Assembly (NCBI GenBank): GCA_963703315.1
Contig: OY969811.1
Location: forward strand, 1,568,001-1,632,000
DNA from: an uncultured cyanobacterium
GTDB lineage: Bacteria > Cyanobacteriota > Cyanobacteriia > Pseudanabaenales > Pseudanabaenaceae
Direction: 5' to 3'
DNA: 64,000 nt
Numbering within the stretch: position 1 is the stretch's first letter; each line of letters starts with the position of its first letter. The notes beneath the pieces were generated by a model. That model did not search any database. It was given only the letters and a program-made list of their open reading frames with translations, and was not told the origin of the DNA. Shown here in pieces: positions 1 to 9,595 of this stretch. The position numbers were made by a program, and so were the translations under genes.

Positions 1-30
1 AGTAACTGACAAAAGTATAGGAGTTAAAAG

Positions 31-822
31 TTGCTCACTAGCACAAAAAATCCATTAGTAAGGCAACTAAGATCGCTTGGTGAAAGTGCCAAGGATCGCA
101 AAGAGCAAGGTCTCTTTTTAGTGGAAGGAACCCATGCGCTTACTGAAGCGATCGCTACGGCTTATCCACTCTCCATTGTTTGCTGTACCGAAAAATGGAT
201 TGCGGCTAATCCTGATTTATATGATCAAATTGAAGCCGCTACGGATGAAATTGAAAGATTAGAAATAGTATCTGAAGAAGTTCTCCAAGCGATCGCCACT
301 ACTAAAAACCCTGATGGCGTAATTGCGGCAGCGCCCCTGCCATCGCAGGAAGTAGCCAAAATCACAACTTTGGGCTTAGCCCTCGAAACAATTCAAGATC
401 CCGGAAATATCGGTTCAATTGTGCGATCGGCAGTTGCGGTAGGCATTGATGGCATTTTGGTAAGCAGTGATAGTGTGGATTTGACCAATCCCAAAATTAT
501 TCGTGCTACCGCGGGGCAATGGTTTCGATGCACCATGCAAACCTCTACCAATATTGCTGATGATATTCGCAAATTACAATCACAAGGTGTGAAAGTGATT
601 GCGACTTTAGCCAATGCTCAGAAAACCTATTGGGATTATGACTTTACGCAACCAACGGTGATTTTGTTAGGTAATGAAGGGAACGGACTATCGGCAGAAT
701 TAATTGAACTAGCCGATGAAGCGATATCGATTCCTCAGAGCGATCGGGTGGAATCTTTAAATGTGTCTATTTGTGCAGCATTATTGCTTTACGAAGCAAA
801 ACGTCAAAGATCAATCCAATAG
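31..822 (+). CDS. TrmH/SpoU family RNA methyltransferase
   Basis: SPOUT motifs IQDPGNIGSIVRSA, ILLGNEGNGL, VESLNVS. Confidence 0.92.
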   Translation: MLTSTKNPLVRQLRSLGESAKDRKEQGLFLVEGTHALTEAIATAYPLSIVCCTEKWIAANPDLYDQIEAATDEIERLEIVSEEVLQAIATTKNPDGVIAAAPLPSQEVAKITTLGLALETIQDPGNIGSIVRSAVAVGIDGILVSSDSVDLTNPKIIRATAGQWFRCTMQTSTNIADDIRKLQSQGVKVIATLANAQKTYWDYDFTQPTVILLGNEGNGLSAELIELADEAISIPQSDRVESLNVSICAALLLYEAKRQRSIQ

Positions 823-864
823 TAGCGTTGTGGCGCTTTGCGCCACAACGCTACTATTGGATTG
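812..864. repeat. Perfect palindrome (25-bp arms, 3-nt loop) overlapping the methyltransferase stop codon
   Basis: caatccaatagtagcgttgtggcgc-ttt-gcgccacaacgctactattggattg. Confidence 0.9.
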
Positions 865-926
865 TTTCCCCTGCCGAAGGCGGGGGAAACAATCCTCTGT
901 AACTCGCTTGCTTGAAAAGCGCTATA
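859..926 (-). repeat. Partial inverted copy of the short palindromic (MITE/REP-like) element at 48999-49093
   Basis: Reverse complement reads tatagcgcttttcaagcaagcgagttacagaggattgtttcccc..., near-identical to 48999 onward. Confidence 0.85.
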
Positions 927-932
927 TTGAAT

Positions 933-2243
933 TTAGTCACTTCTAAGGGCTTGAATGGGATCTAACTTGGCGGCGCTACGCGCAGGAATTACTCCCGCCA
1001 CTAATCCCACAATCATTGATAAACCAAAACCTGCGCCCACAGCCCAGATTGATACCAAAAAGGGAAATTGAAAAATAGTCGCCGAAGTATAGGCGATCGC
1101 TACTCCAAATCCAATCCCCACAATCCCCCCCAGTCCCGACACTAAAATCGCTTCCGTGAGAAATTGATTGAGAATTGCCGCTCGCGTTGCACCTAATGCT
1201 TTACGCACCCCAATTTCGCGAGTACGTTCCACCACTGACACCAGCATAATATTAGCGATACCAATACCACCAACGATTAAGGATATGGCAGCGATCGCCC
1301 CGACCATCAAAGTTAACAGACCAACAATGTTAGAAAAAGCATTAACGATATCAGTCTGATTGACAATCCGAAAGTCATCAGGCTGCGGCGGATAAATCTT
1401 ATGGCGCAATCGCAACAGATTGGTTAATTGGAACTGAGCCGCTTCAATTTCTGCTTCATCTAAAGCCTGTACCCAAAATCCATTGACCGCAATACCTTGC
1501 AAAGCATTATTACCCACCTGTCGCGCTGACATATTTTTTAACGGGATATATACGCGATCATCCTGATCGGCTCCACCCGCAGCCCCCTTAGTTTCCATGA
1601 CACCGATGACTTGATACTGCTCACCCTGTATCCGAATCCGTTCACCGATCGCATTAGCCCGACCAAATAAATCAGACCGAACTTTGGAGCCAAGTACCAC
1701 TACTGATTTTGCTTCATCAATATCTTCTTGTTCAAAATATCTTCCTTCCGTTGGAAAGGTATTGCGAATTGGCGAATAGTTAACATCCGTACCAATTACT
1801 GTTGTCGAAGTATTTTGACCACCATAAGAAACTTGGCGACTACGTTGCAAATATGCCGATACTAATTTTACCGCAGGTGCTTTTGCCACAGCCTGAGCAT
1901 CTTCTAACGTCAAAGTAGAAGCGGAGCCACCACCCTGATTAATGCCGCCCGTCCTTGCAGAACCTGTCAAGACATTAATCGAATTTGTGCCAAGTGCCTG
2001 TAGCTGATTTTCGGTTGACTTTTGGATACCTTGCCCAATGGAGGTAATCGCAATTACTGCCGCAATCCCAATCACCACGCCCAGCATCGTTAGAGCCGTT
2101 CGTAGGCGATTATTCCATAAGGATTCCGAAGCCATTGTCAGGATCTCGGAAAAAGGAACTTTCGCTACTTGAATCCGCGACTTAGCTAAGGGTTTGGCTG
2201 GCGATCGGGCTATAGGCTGTGACTTGGGGATGATTTTTTGCAT
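933..2243 (-). CDS. MacB/FtsX-family ABC transporter permease
   Basis: LRTALTMLGVVIGIA, VGGIGIANIMLVSVVERTREIGVRKALGA, AAKLDPIQALR. Confidence 0.92.
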   Translation of the reverse strand: MQKIIPKSQPIARSPAKPLAKSRIQVAKVPFSEILTMASESLWNNRLRTALTMLGVVIGIAAVIAITSIGQGIQKSTENQLQALGTNSINVLTGSARTGGINQGGGSASTLTLEDAQAVAKAPAVKLVSAYLQRSRQVSYGGQNTSTTVIGTDVNYSPIRNTFPTEGRYFEQEDIDEAKSVVVLGSKVRSDLFGRANAIGERIRIQGEQYQVIGVMETKGAAGGADQDDRVYIPLKNMSARQVGNNALQGIAVNGFWVQALDEAEIEAAQFQLTNLLRLRHKIYPPQPDDFRIVNQTDIVNAFSNIVGLLTLMVGAIAAISLIVGGIGIANIMLVSVVERTREIGVRKALGATRAAILNQFLTEAILVSGLGGIVGIGFGVAIAYTSATIFQFPFLVSIWAVGAGFGLSMIVGLVAGVIPARSAAKLDPIQALRSD

Positions 2244-2284
2244 AATTCTTTTGCATAGTTCTTTTGCATAGTATTTATCTTGGA

Positions 2285-3694
2285 CTAACCACGTTGTCTT
2301 TGTGGTGAAGGCGATAACCCCGGAATCCCTCTAGGCTCAGTGCGTGGACGTGAACCTTCAGGGAAAGAAACAAAGATTTTCTCATCACCTGTTAAGCCAG
2401 ATTTAACTTCTGTCTTATCATCAACGGTGATCCCTGTTTCAATTTGGGTAAATATCGGCGTAGCGCTTTGATCAGTCTTGACATACACGCCTGTACCGCC
2501 CTGCTGACGCACGATCGCCACAGTGGGTACAACTAGCACATCCTTTAATGCACCAGCTTTAAACTCTAGACTGGCATTCATCCCTGCCCGCAACATTTGC
2601 TTTTCTTTTGAAGTAATTTCTGCTTTGACTTCAAAACTGGTGACATTTTGATTAACGATCGCCTGTGGTGAGATCGATACGACACGACCTGTAAATTTTT
2701 TGTTGGGATAAGCATCTACTTGCAACGTGACTTCTTGACCGACTGCAATCTGAGCAATATTTGCCTCCGCAACGTTTGCCACAACTTGATTATTGCTAGC
2801 AAGGGCGAGAATCGAAGATGCTGTTGCAGAACTCACCGCACTGCCTGAAGTTGTCGGTGTCACAAAGGCTCCGGGATCAGCATATTTCCTGACCACGATG
2901 CCATCAAAGGGCGCACGGATAATCGTATCTTCTAATTGTGATTGCACACTTTGCAGAGAACCCGCCGCCGCCACCACCTGAGCCTGTGCGCGATCGATTT
3001 CTTCAGGACGTGAGCCTTCCTGTTGCAAGGATAAGGCTGCTTGTGCCTGTGTGACTCTAGCTCGATTGGCTTCCATCGTGGTTCTGGCAGCATCGAGATC
3101 CCGCGAGGCGATCGCCCCTTCTTTATAAAGCTGTTGGTTTTGTTTAAATACGATTTCTGATTGTTCGAGCGTGGCTTGGGCATTGGTCAGATTGGCACGA
3201 GCTTGGGCAATATCCTGAGAACGATTACCTGCTCTTAATAAATCTAAACTTGCTTGGGCGGCGGCAAGTTGACCATCAGCCTGCGTAATCTGTCCTAAAG
3301 TATTGGACTCATCCATATAGGCAAGGATTTGCCCTGTCGTGACATTCTGTCCTTCTTTGACTAAAAGGCTTTTGAGTCTGCCAGAGCTTTTGGGGCTAAC
3401 GTTAATGGATTTTTCAGGTTGAATTGTGCCATTAGCCGTGACAATAATTGGTAAGTCGGTACGTCTGATCGCAATTACGCGATCGCGTTTACGGCTGGCT
3501 TGATTATTAGCTGGTGCAGTTAGTTGAGTATAAGCATAGTAGCCACCACCACCAACTGCCATCAAGATAAAGACAATGGCAATCCGCCATCTCCAACGCC
3601 CGATGAACGTTTTCTTAGGTTGATCCAAATCAACAGGTTCCCGATCTTCGGGCAAATCCACTTCCTTGGGTTCTAGCTGTTTCTCTGTTTGCAT
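2285..3694 (-). CDS. Efflux RND/ABC periplasmic adaptor (HlyD/MacA family)
   Basis: N-terminal TM helix, lipoyl half motifs (GRLKSLLVKEGQ, IRAPFDG) and coiled coil; ATG at 3694 preferred over the upstream start at 3742. Confidence 0.9.
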   Translation of the reverse strand: MQTEKQLEPKEVDLPEDREPVDLDQPKKTFIGRWRWRIAIVFILMAVGGGGYYAYTQLTAPANNQASRKRDRVIAIRRTDLPIIVTANGTIQPEKSINVSPKSSGRLKSLLVKEGQNVTTGQILAYMDESNTLGQITQADGQLAAAQASLDLLRAGNRSQDIAQARANLTNAQATLEQSEIVFKQNQQLYKEGAIASRDLDAARTTMEANRARVTQAQAALSLQQEGSRPEEIDRAQAQVVAAAGSLQSVQSQLEDTIIRAPFDGIVVRKYADPGAFVTPTTSGSAVSSATASSILALASNNQVVANVAEANIAQIAVGQEVTLQVDAYPNKKFTGRVVSISPQAIVNQNVTSFEVKAEITSKEKQMLRAGMNASLEFKAGALKDVLVVPTVAIVRQQGGTGVYVKTDQSATPIFTQIETGITVDDKTEVKSGLTGDEKIFVSFPEGSRPRTEPRGIPGLSPSPQRQRG

Positions 3695-3843
3695 AAGAGT
3701 CGCGTCAATGGTTAATGGCTTTAGACACTTATACTCGATCAAACGTTCACTTTGCTAAAAAACGATTTTTGGTGGCGAGGCTACACCCCGTTACCAAAAA
3801 TCGAATTCTTTGTTAAATCGCATAACCCTTATAGCTTTGCAAT

Positions 3844-4737
3844 ATGCAAAATAAATCCGCCCGTTTCTACGCATTTCTCTCAATTGGAGCCGCACTATTA
3901 ACGATCGCCTTGAAATTAGGCGCTTACTTTTTAACTAATTCCGTTGGTTTTTTATCCGATGCGATGGAATCAGGTGTGAATCTAGTCGCAGCGCTTGGTG
4001 CAGTATGGGCGATCACTTATGCCGCTAAGCCTCCAGACGAAGAACACACCTTTGGGCATTCTAAAGCTGAATATTTTTCTAGTGGATTTGAAGGTGGATT
4101 AATTTTAGTGGCGGCTGTGAGTATTGCGATCGCCGCAATTCCCCGACTATTTAATCCTCAGCCATTGGAGCAAATTAGTTTAGGCTTAGTCTTGTCGTTA
4201 GCTGCATCAGCGATTAATGGAGGACTGGCGCTGATATTACTAAAAGCAGGAAAACGTCTGCACTCAATTACTTTACGAGCCGATGCCCATCACTTACTCA
4301 CCGATGTCTGGACTTCCGTAGGGGTAATTTTAGGCATCCTCTTAGTATCTGCAACTGGTTGGTTAATTCTCGATCCTATAATTGCCTTACTAGTCGCTGC
4401 CAATATTGTTTGGACTGGAGTTAAGCTAATCCAAGAAAGTGGTTCTGCACTATTAGATGCTTCTATTCCTTTGCTAGAGAGACAAATGATCGATGAAATT
4501 TTATCTCCTTACGATCGCCACAAAATCCAGTTTCACGCGATTCGTACCCGCATTGCAGGCACAAGAAGATTTGTATATTTTCATATTTTAGTGCCTGGAG
4601 CTTGGACTGTGCAAGAAGGTCATGATTTATGCGAAGAAATTGAGTCGAAGATTAGCGCCTCTCTTCCCAATATCAAAGTTTTTACGCATTTAGAACCTTT
4701 AGAAGATCCAAAATCATGGACTGATCAGGACTTATAA
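3844..4737 (+). CDS. Cation diffusion facilitator (FieF-like) transporter
   Basis: SDAMES, HTFGHSKAEY, ADAHHLLTD, C-terminal THLEP. Confidence 0.92.
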   Translation: MQNKSARFYAFLSIGAALLTIALKLGAYFLTNSVGFLSDAMESGVNLVAALGAVWAITYAAKPPDEEHTFGHSKAEYFSSGFEGGLILVAAVSIAIAAIPRLFNPQPLEQISLGLVLSLAASAINGGLALILLKAGKRLHSITLRADAHHLLTDVWTSVGVILGILLVSATGWLILDPIIALLVAANIVWTGVKLIQESGSALLDASIPLLERQMIDEILSPYDRHKIQFHAIRTRIAGTRRFVYFHILVPGAWTVQEGHDLCEEIESKISASLPNIKVFTHLEPLEDPKSWTDQDL

Positions 4738-4779
4738 AAAAAGAAGCTATCAGTTTTTTCGGATCTTTCGCATCTTTTT

Positions 4780-5670
4780 TTAGAGTTGATTCGTAGTGAA
4801 GGTATCACACTGATCGATCTTGCCAGTTTCTAAACCTTTCTTAAACCAAGTTACCCTCTGTTGGGAAGTGCCATGCGTGAAAGATTCTGGAGTAACATGA
4901 CCACCCTTAGATTGTTTTTGTAAATAGTCATCACCAATTTGAGTGGCAGTGTTAAGAGCCTTGGTAATGTCCTGATCACTGATCAAACCACGTTGAGCCG
5001 TGAAATGTCCCCAAATCCCTGCCAAACAATCTGCTTGCAGTTCTTGGCGTACCGACAGTTCATTAGCCTTAGCTTTGCTAGAACTAGCTTTTAACTGCCT
5101 GACTTTACTGGATGTACCGCGCAAAGTTTGGATATGATGTCCGACCTCATGGGCGATCGCATAAGCTCTGGCAAAGTCAGCATCATTACCTGCTGTAGCT
5201 TCAAGATATTTAAAAAATCCCATATCTAAATACACCTTCTTATCCGCAGGACAATAAAAAGGACCTGACGAAGTACTAGCCGCGCCACAGGCTGATTTTA
5301 CCGAGCCATCAAATAAGACCAATTTTGGGGCTTGATAGTTAGTTTTTAGCTGTTCTTTAAAGATTTTCGCCCAAGTATCCTCTGTATCGCCAAGAACTGA
5401 TTTGACAAAGGCAGAGTCACGATCTTTAGCGGGTTGTTTGACTAAGCCTTGGGGTGCAGGTTGCTGCGTATTCGAGAGAAAACCTAAAAGCTGAGCAGGA
5501 TTCACCTTGAACAATAGCCCCAGAACTACGGCGATCGCTACACCGCCAGCCCCTAATCCTCCTAAGCCTCCTAGCATTCCCAGAGGTGATGAAGATGGGC
5601 TAGACGAACTAGACGAGCCATCACGTTCATCCTCTACGTTATCACTCTCACGCATTTCATCCCATTTCAT
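4780..5670 (-). CDS. Neutral zinc metallopeptidase (YpfJ family)
   Basis: GPFYCPAD, AHEVGHH (HExxH), ELQADC, SFTHGTS. Confidence 0.92.
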   Translation of the reverse strand: MKWDEMRESDNVEDERDGSSSSSSPSSSPLGMLGGLGGLGAGGVAIAVVLGLLFKVNPAQLLGFLSNTQQPAPQGLVKQPAKDRDSAFVKSVLGDTEDTWAKIFKEQLKTNYQAPKLVLFDGSVKSACGAASTSSGPFYCPADKKVYLDMGFFKYLEATAGNDADFARAYAIAHEVGHHIQTLRGTSSKVRQLKASSSKAKANELSVRQELQADCLAGIWGHFTAQRGLISDQDITKALNTATQIGDDYLQKQSKGGHVTPESFTHGTSQQRVTWFKKGLETGKIDQCDTFTTNQL

Positions 5671-5700
5671 AGTTCTTCATCCTGTAGGTATGCCAATTTT

Positions 5701-5753
5701 ATATTATCGAAGAGAGATGCGCCGCGAAGCGGCGCATCTCTCTTCGATAATAT
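5701..5753. repeat. Perfect palindrome (25-bp arms, GAA loop)
   Basis: atattatcgaagagagatgcgccgc-gaa-gcggcgcatctctcttcgataatat. Confidence 0.9.
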
Positions 5754-5754
5754 T

Positions 5755-6555
5755 CTAAGCGCCCATGCCCGAATATTGCTTGATGCCTTTACGCCATAGC
5801 CAGCGATTGATCACAAAGGCAAGTCCCATCCATGCTGTCATTACGCCTAGTCCTTGCCAAATATTCACGGCTTTACCCACCAAGATCGCCGCAGGAAAGT
5901 ACACCATATAAGGAAATGGTGTAAACATCACAATCTCTCTTACTAAGGGGGGAAATACTTCTAAAGGTGCAATGATGCCTGATAGGAATATGTAGCATAG
6001 GAACCAAAGCTGCTCGATCGCACTAGCCCGTTCTGTCCAAAAGCACAGCAGCCCAAAATCATACTGAATCAAAAAGCGCAACATAAAGGCGATCGCTACG
6101 AGTAATGTCGCTATTAGTCCTGTAGACAATGAGGGAATCCAGAAGGATTGGGGGTAGAGAACAAAAAAGAGCGCAATCAACACCACCAACATCGGTAATC
6201 TCGCAACTCGCTCCGCAATGTGGTTCATCAAATGATGCCAAAAGGGATCGAGGGGTTGCAATAAACGGTGCGAAAGTTGTCCTGAAACAAGTTCCTTCTC
6301 AAAGTCCCAAATCACCCACACAATATTAAACTGACGGACTACAAATACTGCTAAGAAGTAACGGATAAATTCTAAAGCTGTAAAGCCGAAGTTAGCAGTT
6401 TCTGACGCTTTGAGCCATGCTCCCATCAAAATAAATGGCAAAGAATTTGACAATAACCAAATAAAAAGCTCTGCCCGATATTCGAGCATATAGGCATAGT
6501 AGGTGACAAATAATGTCTTGGTGACGCGGAGTATGTATCTAAGCTGAAGCTGCAT
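5755..6555 (-). CDS. ABC-2 type transporter permease (DUF990-like)
   Basis: YRAE motif, about 6 TM helices, C-terminal GIKQYSGMGA. Confidence 0.85.
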   Translation of the reverse strand: MQLQLRYILRVTKTLFVTYYAYMLEYRAELFIWLLSNSLPFILMGAWLKASETANFGFTALEFIRYFLAVFVVRQFNIVWVIWDFEKELVSGQLSHRLLQPLDPFWHHLMNHIAERVARLPMLVVLIALFFVLYPQSFWIPSLSTGLIATLLVAIAFMLRFLIQYDFGLLCFWTERASAIEQLWFLCYIFLSGIIAPLEVFPPLVREIVMFTPFPYMVYFPAAILVGKAVNIWQGLGVMTAWMGLAFVINRWLWRKGIKQYSGMGA

Positions 6556-6602
6556 AGGTTTATCAGTTTAGAGAGTTGCGCTTACTTTGCAGCGCAACTC
6601 TC

Positions 6603-7106
6603 CTATGAGTTAATAATGGAAGAAGATGCTTCTGATAAATGATGCGAATATTGATTGATTAGTTCAATATCAGTCGTTTGCCAGACTTTACAATCTTGAC
6701 AGTGATGGGCAACCAGCAAACCCCATAATTTGCCCTTAGTCAACACTGGAGCAACTAAATTTGAGCGTACTTGCAATGTTCTCAAAAAATCTCGATGACA
6801 AGCATTAATCGGTGCTGTCTCGATATCTTCGGTAGAATAGATGCGTCCTGCTAAATAAAGCGATGCATATTCAACATTGAAGCAATCATCAGCCCCTGTT
6901 GAACCAATAATCGAATATTTATGATCACTAATTGCTTCAAAGGTGACTTGTCCTTTCCATTGTGTGTAGAAATAATACAAAACCACGCGATCGACATTAA
7001 GCTGATCTCTAAGTTGGTGCAGCGTATCACTAACAACTTGATCTTGTTGTAGTTTATTAGTAATCCGACTTAAAACTGAACTCAAATCACGATTGGCATT
7101 ATTCAT
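6603..7106 (-). CDS. Stand-alone GAF protein, cyanobacteriochrome-like (DXCF type)
   Basis: DRVVLY, DDCF, ACH, LWGLLVAHHC motifs. Confidence 0.8.
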   Translation of the reverse strand: MNNANRDLSSVLSRITNKLQQDQVVSDTLHQLRDQLNVDRVVLYYFYTQWKGQVTFEAISDHKYSIIGSTGADDCFNVEYASLYLAGRIYSTEDIETAPINACHRDFLRTLQVRSNLVAPVLTKGKLWGLLVAHHCQDCKVWQTTDIELINQYSHHLSEASSSIINS

Positions 7107-7267
7107 TGTGGCAATAGAAATGATTAAGTCTGGGAAATTCAGTAAAATTAAGTCTGTACAAAGCAGTCAAAATGCTAAAGCATGGTCTGATTTGACTTAA
7201 AACAGTCGATGATGACCGATCAAGAGATTGCTATTCTAGTTCATATTATCTAGCTAAGAGTCTCCAA

Positions 7268-8113
7268 TTGCCTAAAGAATATCGCACCACAGGAATAAAT
7301 CTTAAGGGGATGCCGTTAGGTGAAAGCGATCGCCTATTAACGATCCTGACTAAAGAGCATGGCTTGATCCGAGCCGTTGTCGCTGGAGCCAGAAAACATC
7401 GCTCGGCAATGGCAGGGCGATCGGGCTTATTTGTGGTTAATGATTTGCAGATTTCAGTGGGGCGGACGATGGAGCGCGTTAAAAATGCCGAAATGTTACA
7501 ATCCTTTGTCGGTTTAGGGAAAACTTTAGCTAAGCTTACTGCTGCCCAATATCTATGCGAACTTGCCCTGATGCAAGCATTAACGGCTCAGCCCCAAGAG
7601 GAATTATTTTTGTTGTTAGTCGAGCATCTGGAGCGCATTCAGGAAGCTGAAAATCAAAACGTGTTAGCGCATTTAAATCATGGGATCTATCACCTATTGG
7701 CGATCGCAGGTTTTGCCCCTCAAGTACATAGCTGTTGCCTGAGCCAAAGTCCCGTGATTGCCGATCGCGAAAACCAAAAGTGGAAAGCAGGATTTAGCAT
7801 TGTCGGTGGTGGGGTGATTAACCTCGAAATAACCGATCTTGCCAGTGACGGTAATCCGAACGGCGATCGCCCTGATCAGGCTGAAACAATCACTAGTGAA
7901 GCGATGCATAACCGCATTAGTCACTACCTCAATGCACCTGAACTTATTGCTATGCAAGAACTCGCACAAACAGATTTAGCAGATAATATTTTAGAAGCAC
8001 CCGTAACTAATTGGCTAACAGTTGAAAGATTGTTACGAGCCTATGCACAGTATCATTTTGATAGACCAATCCAGTCATCTGCCTTGATTGACAACTGTTT
8101 TTTTAATATATGA
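7268..8113 (+). CDS. recO: DNA repair protein RecO
   Basis: GESDRLLTILTKEHGLIRAVVAGARK N-terminus; typical length. Confidence 0.93.
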   Translation: MPKEYRTTGINLKGMPLGESDRLLTILTKEHGLIRAVVAGARKHRSAMAGRSGLFVVNDLQISVGRTMERVKNAEMLQSFVGLGKTLAKLTAAQYLCELALMQALTAQPQEELFLLLVEHLERIQEAENQNVLAHLNHGIYHLLAIAGFAPQVHSCCLSQSPVIADRENQKWKAGFSIVGGGVINLEITDLASDGNPNGDRPDQAETITSEAMHNRISHYLNAPELIAMQELAQTDLADNILEAPVTNWLTVERLLRAYAQYHFDRPIQSSALIDNCFFNI

Positions 8114-9507
8114 CCCATTTATTCGATCCACCTACCCCCAATCTGCCAGAACACTCCGATCATCACGCTACTGCCCACAAAGAAAATGGTAAAGAAAACG
8201 GTGATGCCGTAGTCACTACAGATTCAGAAATCAATGTAGAAGTCGATTCTAAATCTGTTCTTCGCAATCCTAACTTTTTATCACTGTGGAGTGGGCAGGT
8301 TTTTTCCCAGATTGCGGACAAGATTTTTTTAGTACTCGTGATTGCGATCGTGTCTACACAATTTCAGCAGGAGGGCGAAACGATTAGCGGTTGGGTCTCC
8401 GCAGTCATGGTGTCATTCACAATTCCCGCGATTTTATTTGGGTCGATCGCTGGTGTATATGTTGATCGTTGGAATAAAAAAACAGTTCTAGTTAGTTCCA
8501 ATATCCTGCGCGGAGTCTTGGTTCTCAGTATTCCCTTACTACTGTGGGTCACCAAAAACAGTGTCTTGCCTTGGGGCGCACCGACAGGATTTTGGGGCTT
8601 ATTATGTATCACCTTTCTCGTCTCTACCTTTACGCAGTTCTTTACCCCTGCCGAACAGTCCGCGATTACCCTTGTAGTTGAAAAACCTAAGCTATTAGCC
8701 GCCAATTCCCTCTACACGACCACGATTATGGCGGCGTTGATTTTAGGCTTTGCTCTCGGTGAGCCACTTTTAGCTTTGGCTGATCATCTTTGGCATAATT
8801 TCGGTCAGGAAATTTTAGTAGGTGGTAGTTATTTATTAGCAGGAATCATCTTAATTTTATTGAAAACAGGTGAAACCAAAGAGGATTTACATCGTGATAG
8901 TTTTCATCTCTGGAATGACATCAAAGAGGGCTTGCAATATCTCAATCACAAAAAGACTTCCCTATCAGCGCTAATCCAATTAATTTGTACCTTTTCGATC
9001 ATCGCGGCGCTCACAGTATTGGCAGTCCGTCTAGCGGAAGTGATGCCCGAAATCAAATCGGAGCAGTTTGGCTTTTTGTTAGCAGTAGCCAGTTTAGGAA
9101 TGGCGATCGGGGCGGTGATTGTTGCTAAAATTGGGCATATTTTTAGTCGTCAAACCCTTGCTCTGATTGGCTCGGTTGGGATGTGTTTGTTTTTAGTGAT
9201 GTTGGCAGTTTTTAGCGATCGCTTTTGGTTGGGACTGACTGCGATCGCGGGTACTGGCATTTTTGCAGGTTTATGCGTAATTCCGATGCAGACCGTGATT
9301 CAAGAAGAAACTCCTGAAGATGTGCGTGGTAAAGTTTTTGGTTTACAAAATAATGCGGTGAATATTGCCCTCAGTCTGCCACTATCCGTAGCGGGAATTG
9401 CAGAATCGTATTTTGGCTTACAAGAAGTAATTTTTTCCCTCAGTGCGATCGCGCTGATTACGGGAATACTTACTTGGTACATTGCTCGTCAATTAGTCGA
9501 GCCGTAA
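8110..9507 (+). CDS. MFS transporter
   Basis: GVYVDRWNKK motif A, about 12 TM helices; overlaps the recO stop. Confidence 0.9.
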   Translation: MTHLFDPPTPNLPEHSDHHATAHKENGKENGDAVVTTDSEINVEVDSKSVLRNPNFLSLWSGQVFSQIADKIFLVLVIAIVSTQFQQEGETISGWVSAVMVSFTIPAILFGSIAGVYVDRWNKKTVLVSSNILRGVLVLSIPLLLWVTKNSVLPWGAPTGFWGLLCITFLVSTFTQFFTPAEQSAITLVVEKPKLLAANSLYTTTIMAALILGFALGEPLLALADHLWHNFGQEILVGGSYLLAGIILILLKTGETKEDLHRDSFHLWNDIKEGLQYLNHKKTSLSALIQLICTFSIIAALTVLAVRLAEVMPEIKSEQFGFLLAVASLGMAIGAVIVAKIGHIFSRQTLALIGSVGMCLFLVMLAVFSDRFWLGLTAIAGTGIFAGLCVIPMQTVIQEETPEDVRGKVFGLQNNAVNIALSLPLSVAGIAESYFGLQEVIFSLSAIALITGILTWYIARQLVEP

Positions 9508-9595
9508 ATATAAAACCAAAAACCTGTGGCGCATACTGCGCCACAGGTTTTTGGTTTTTATCTAAGCTACTTAACAATTTCTGCAATCCTAAAGC

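Noticed and set aside
933..6555. ABC permeases without an adjacent ATPase gene
   Set aside because: Dispersed transporter subunits are common in cyanobacteria, so this is not evidence of novelty.
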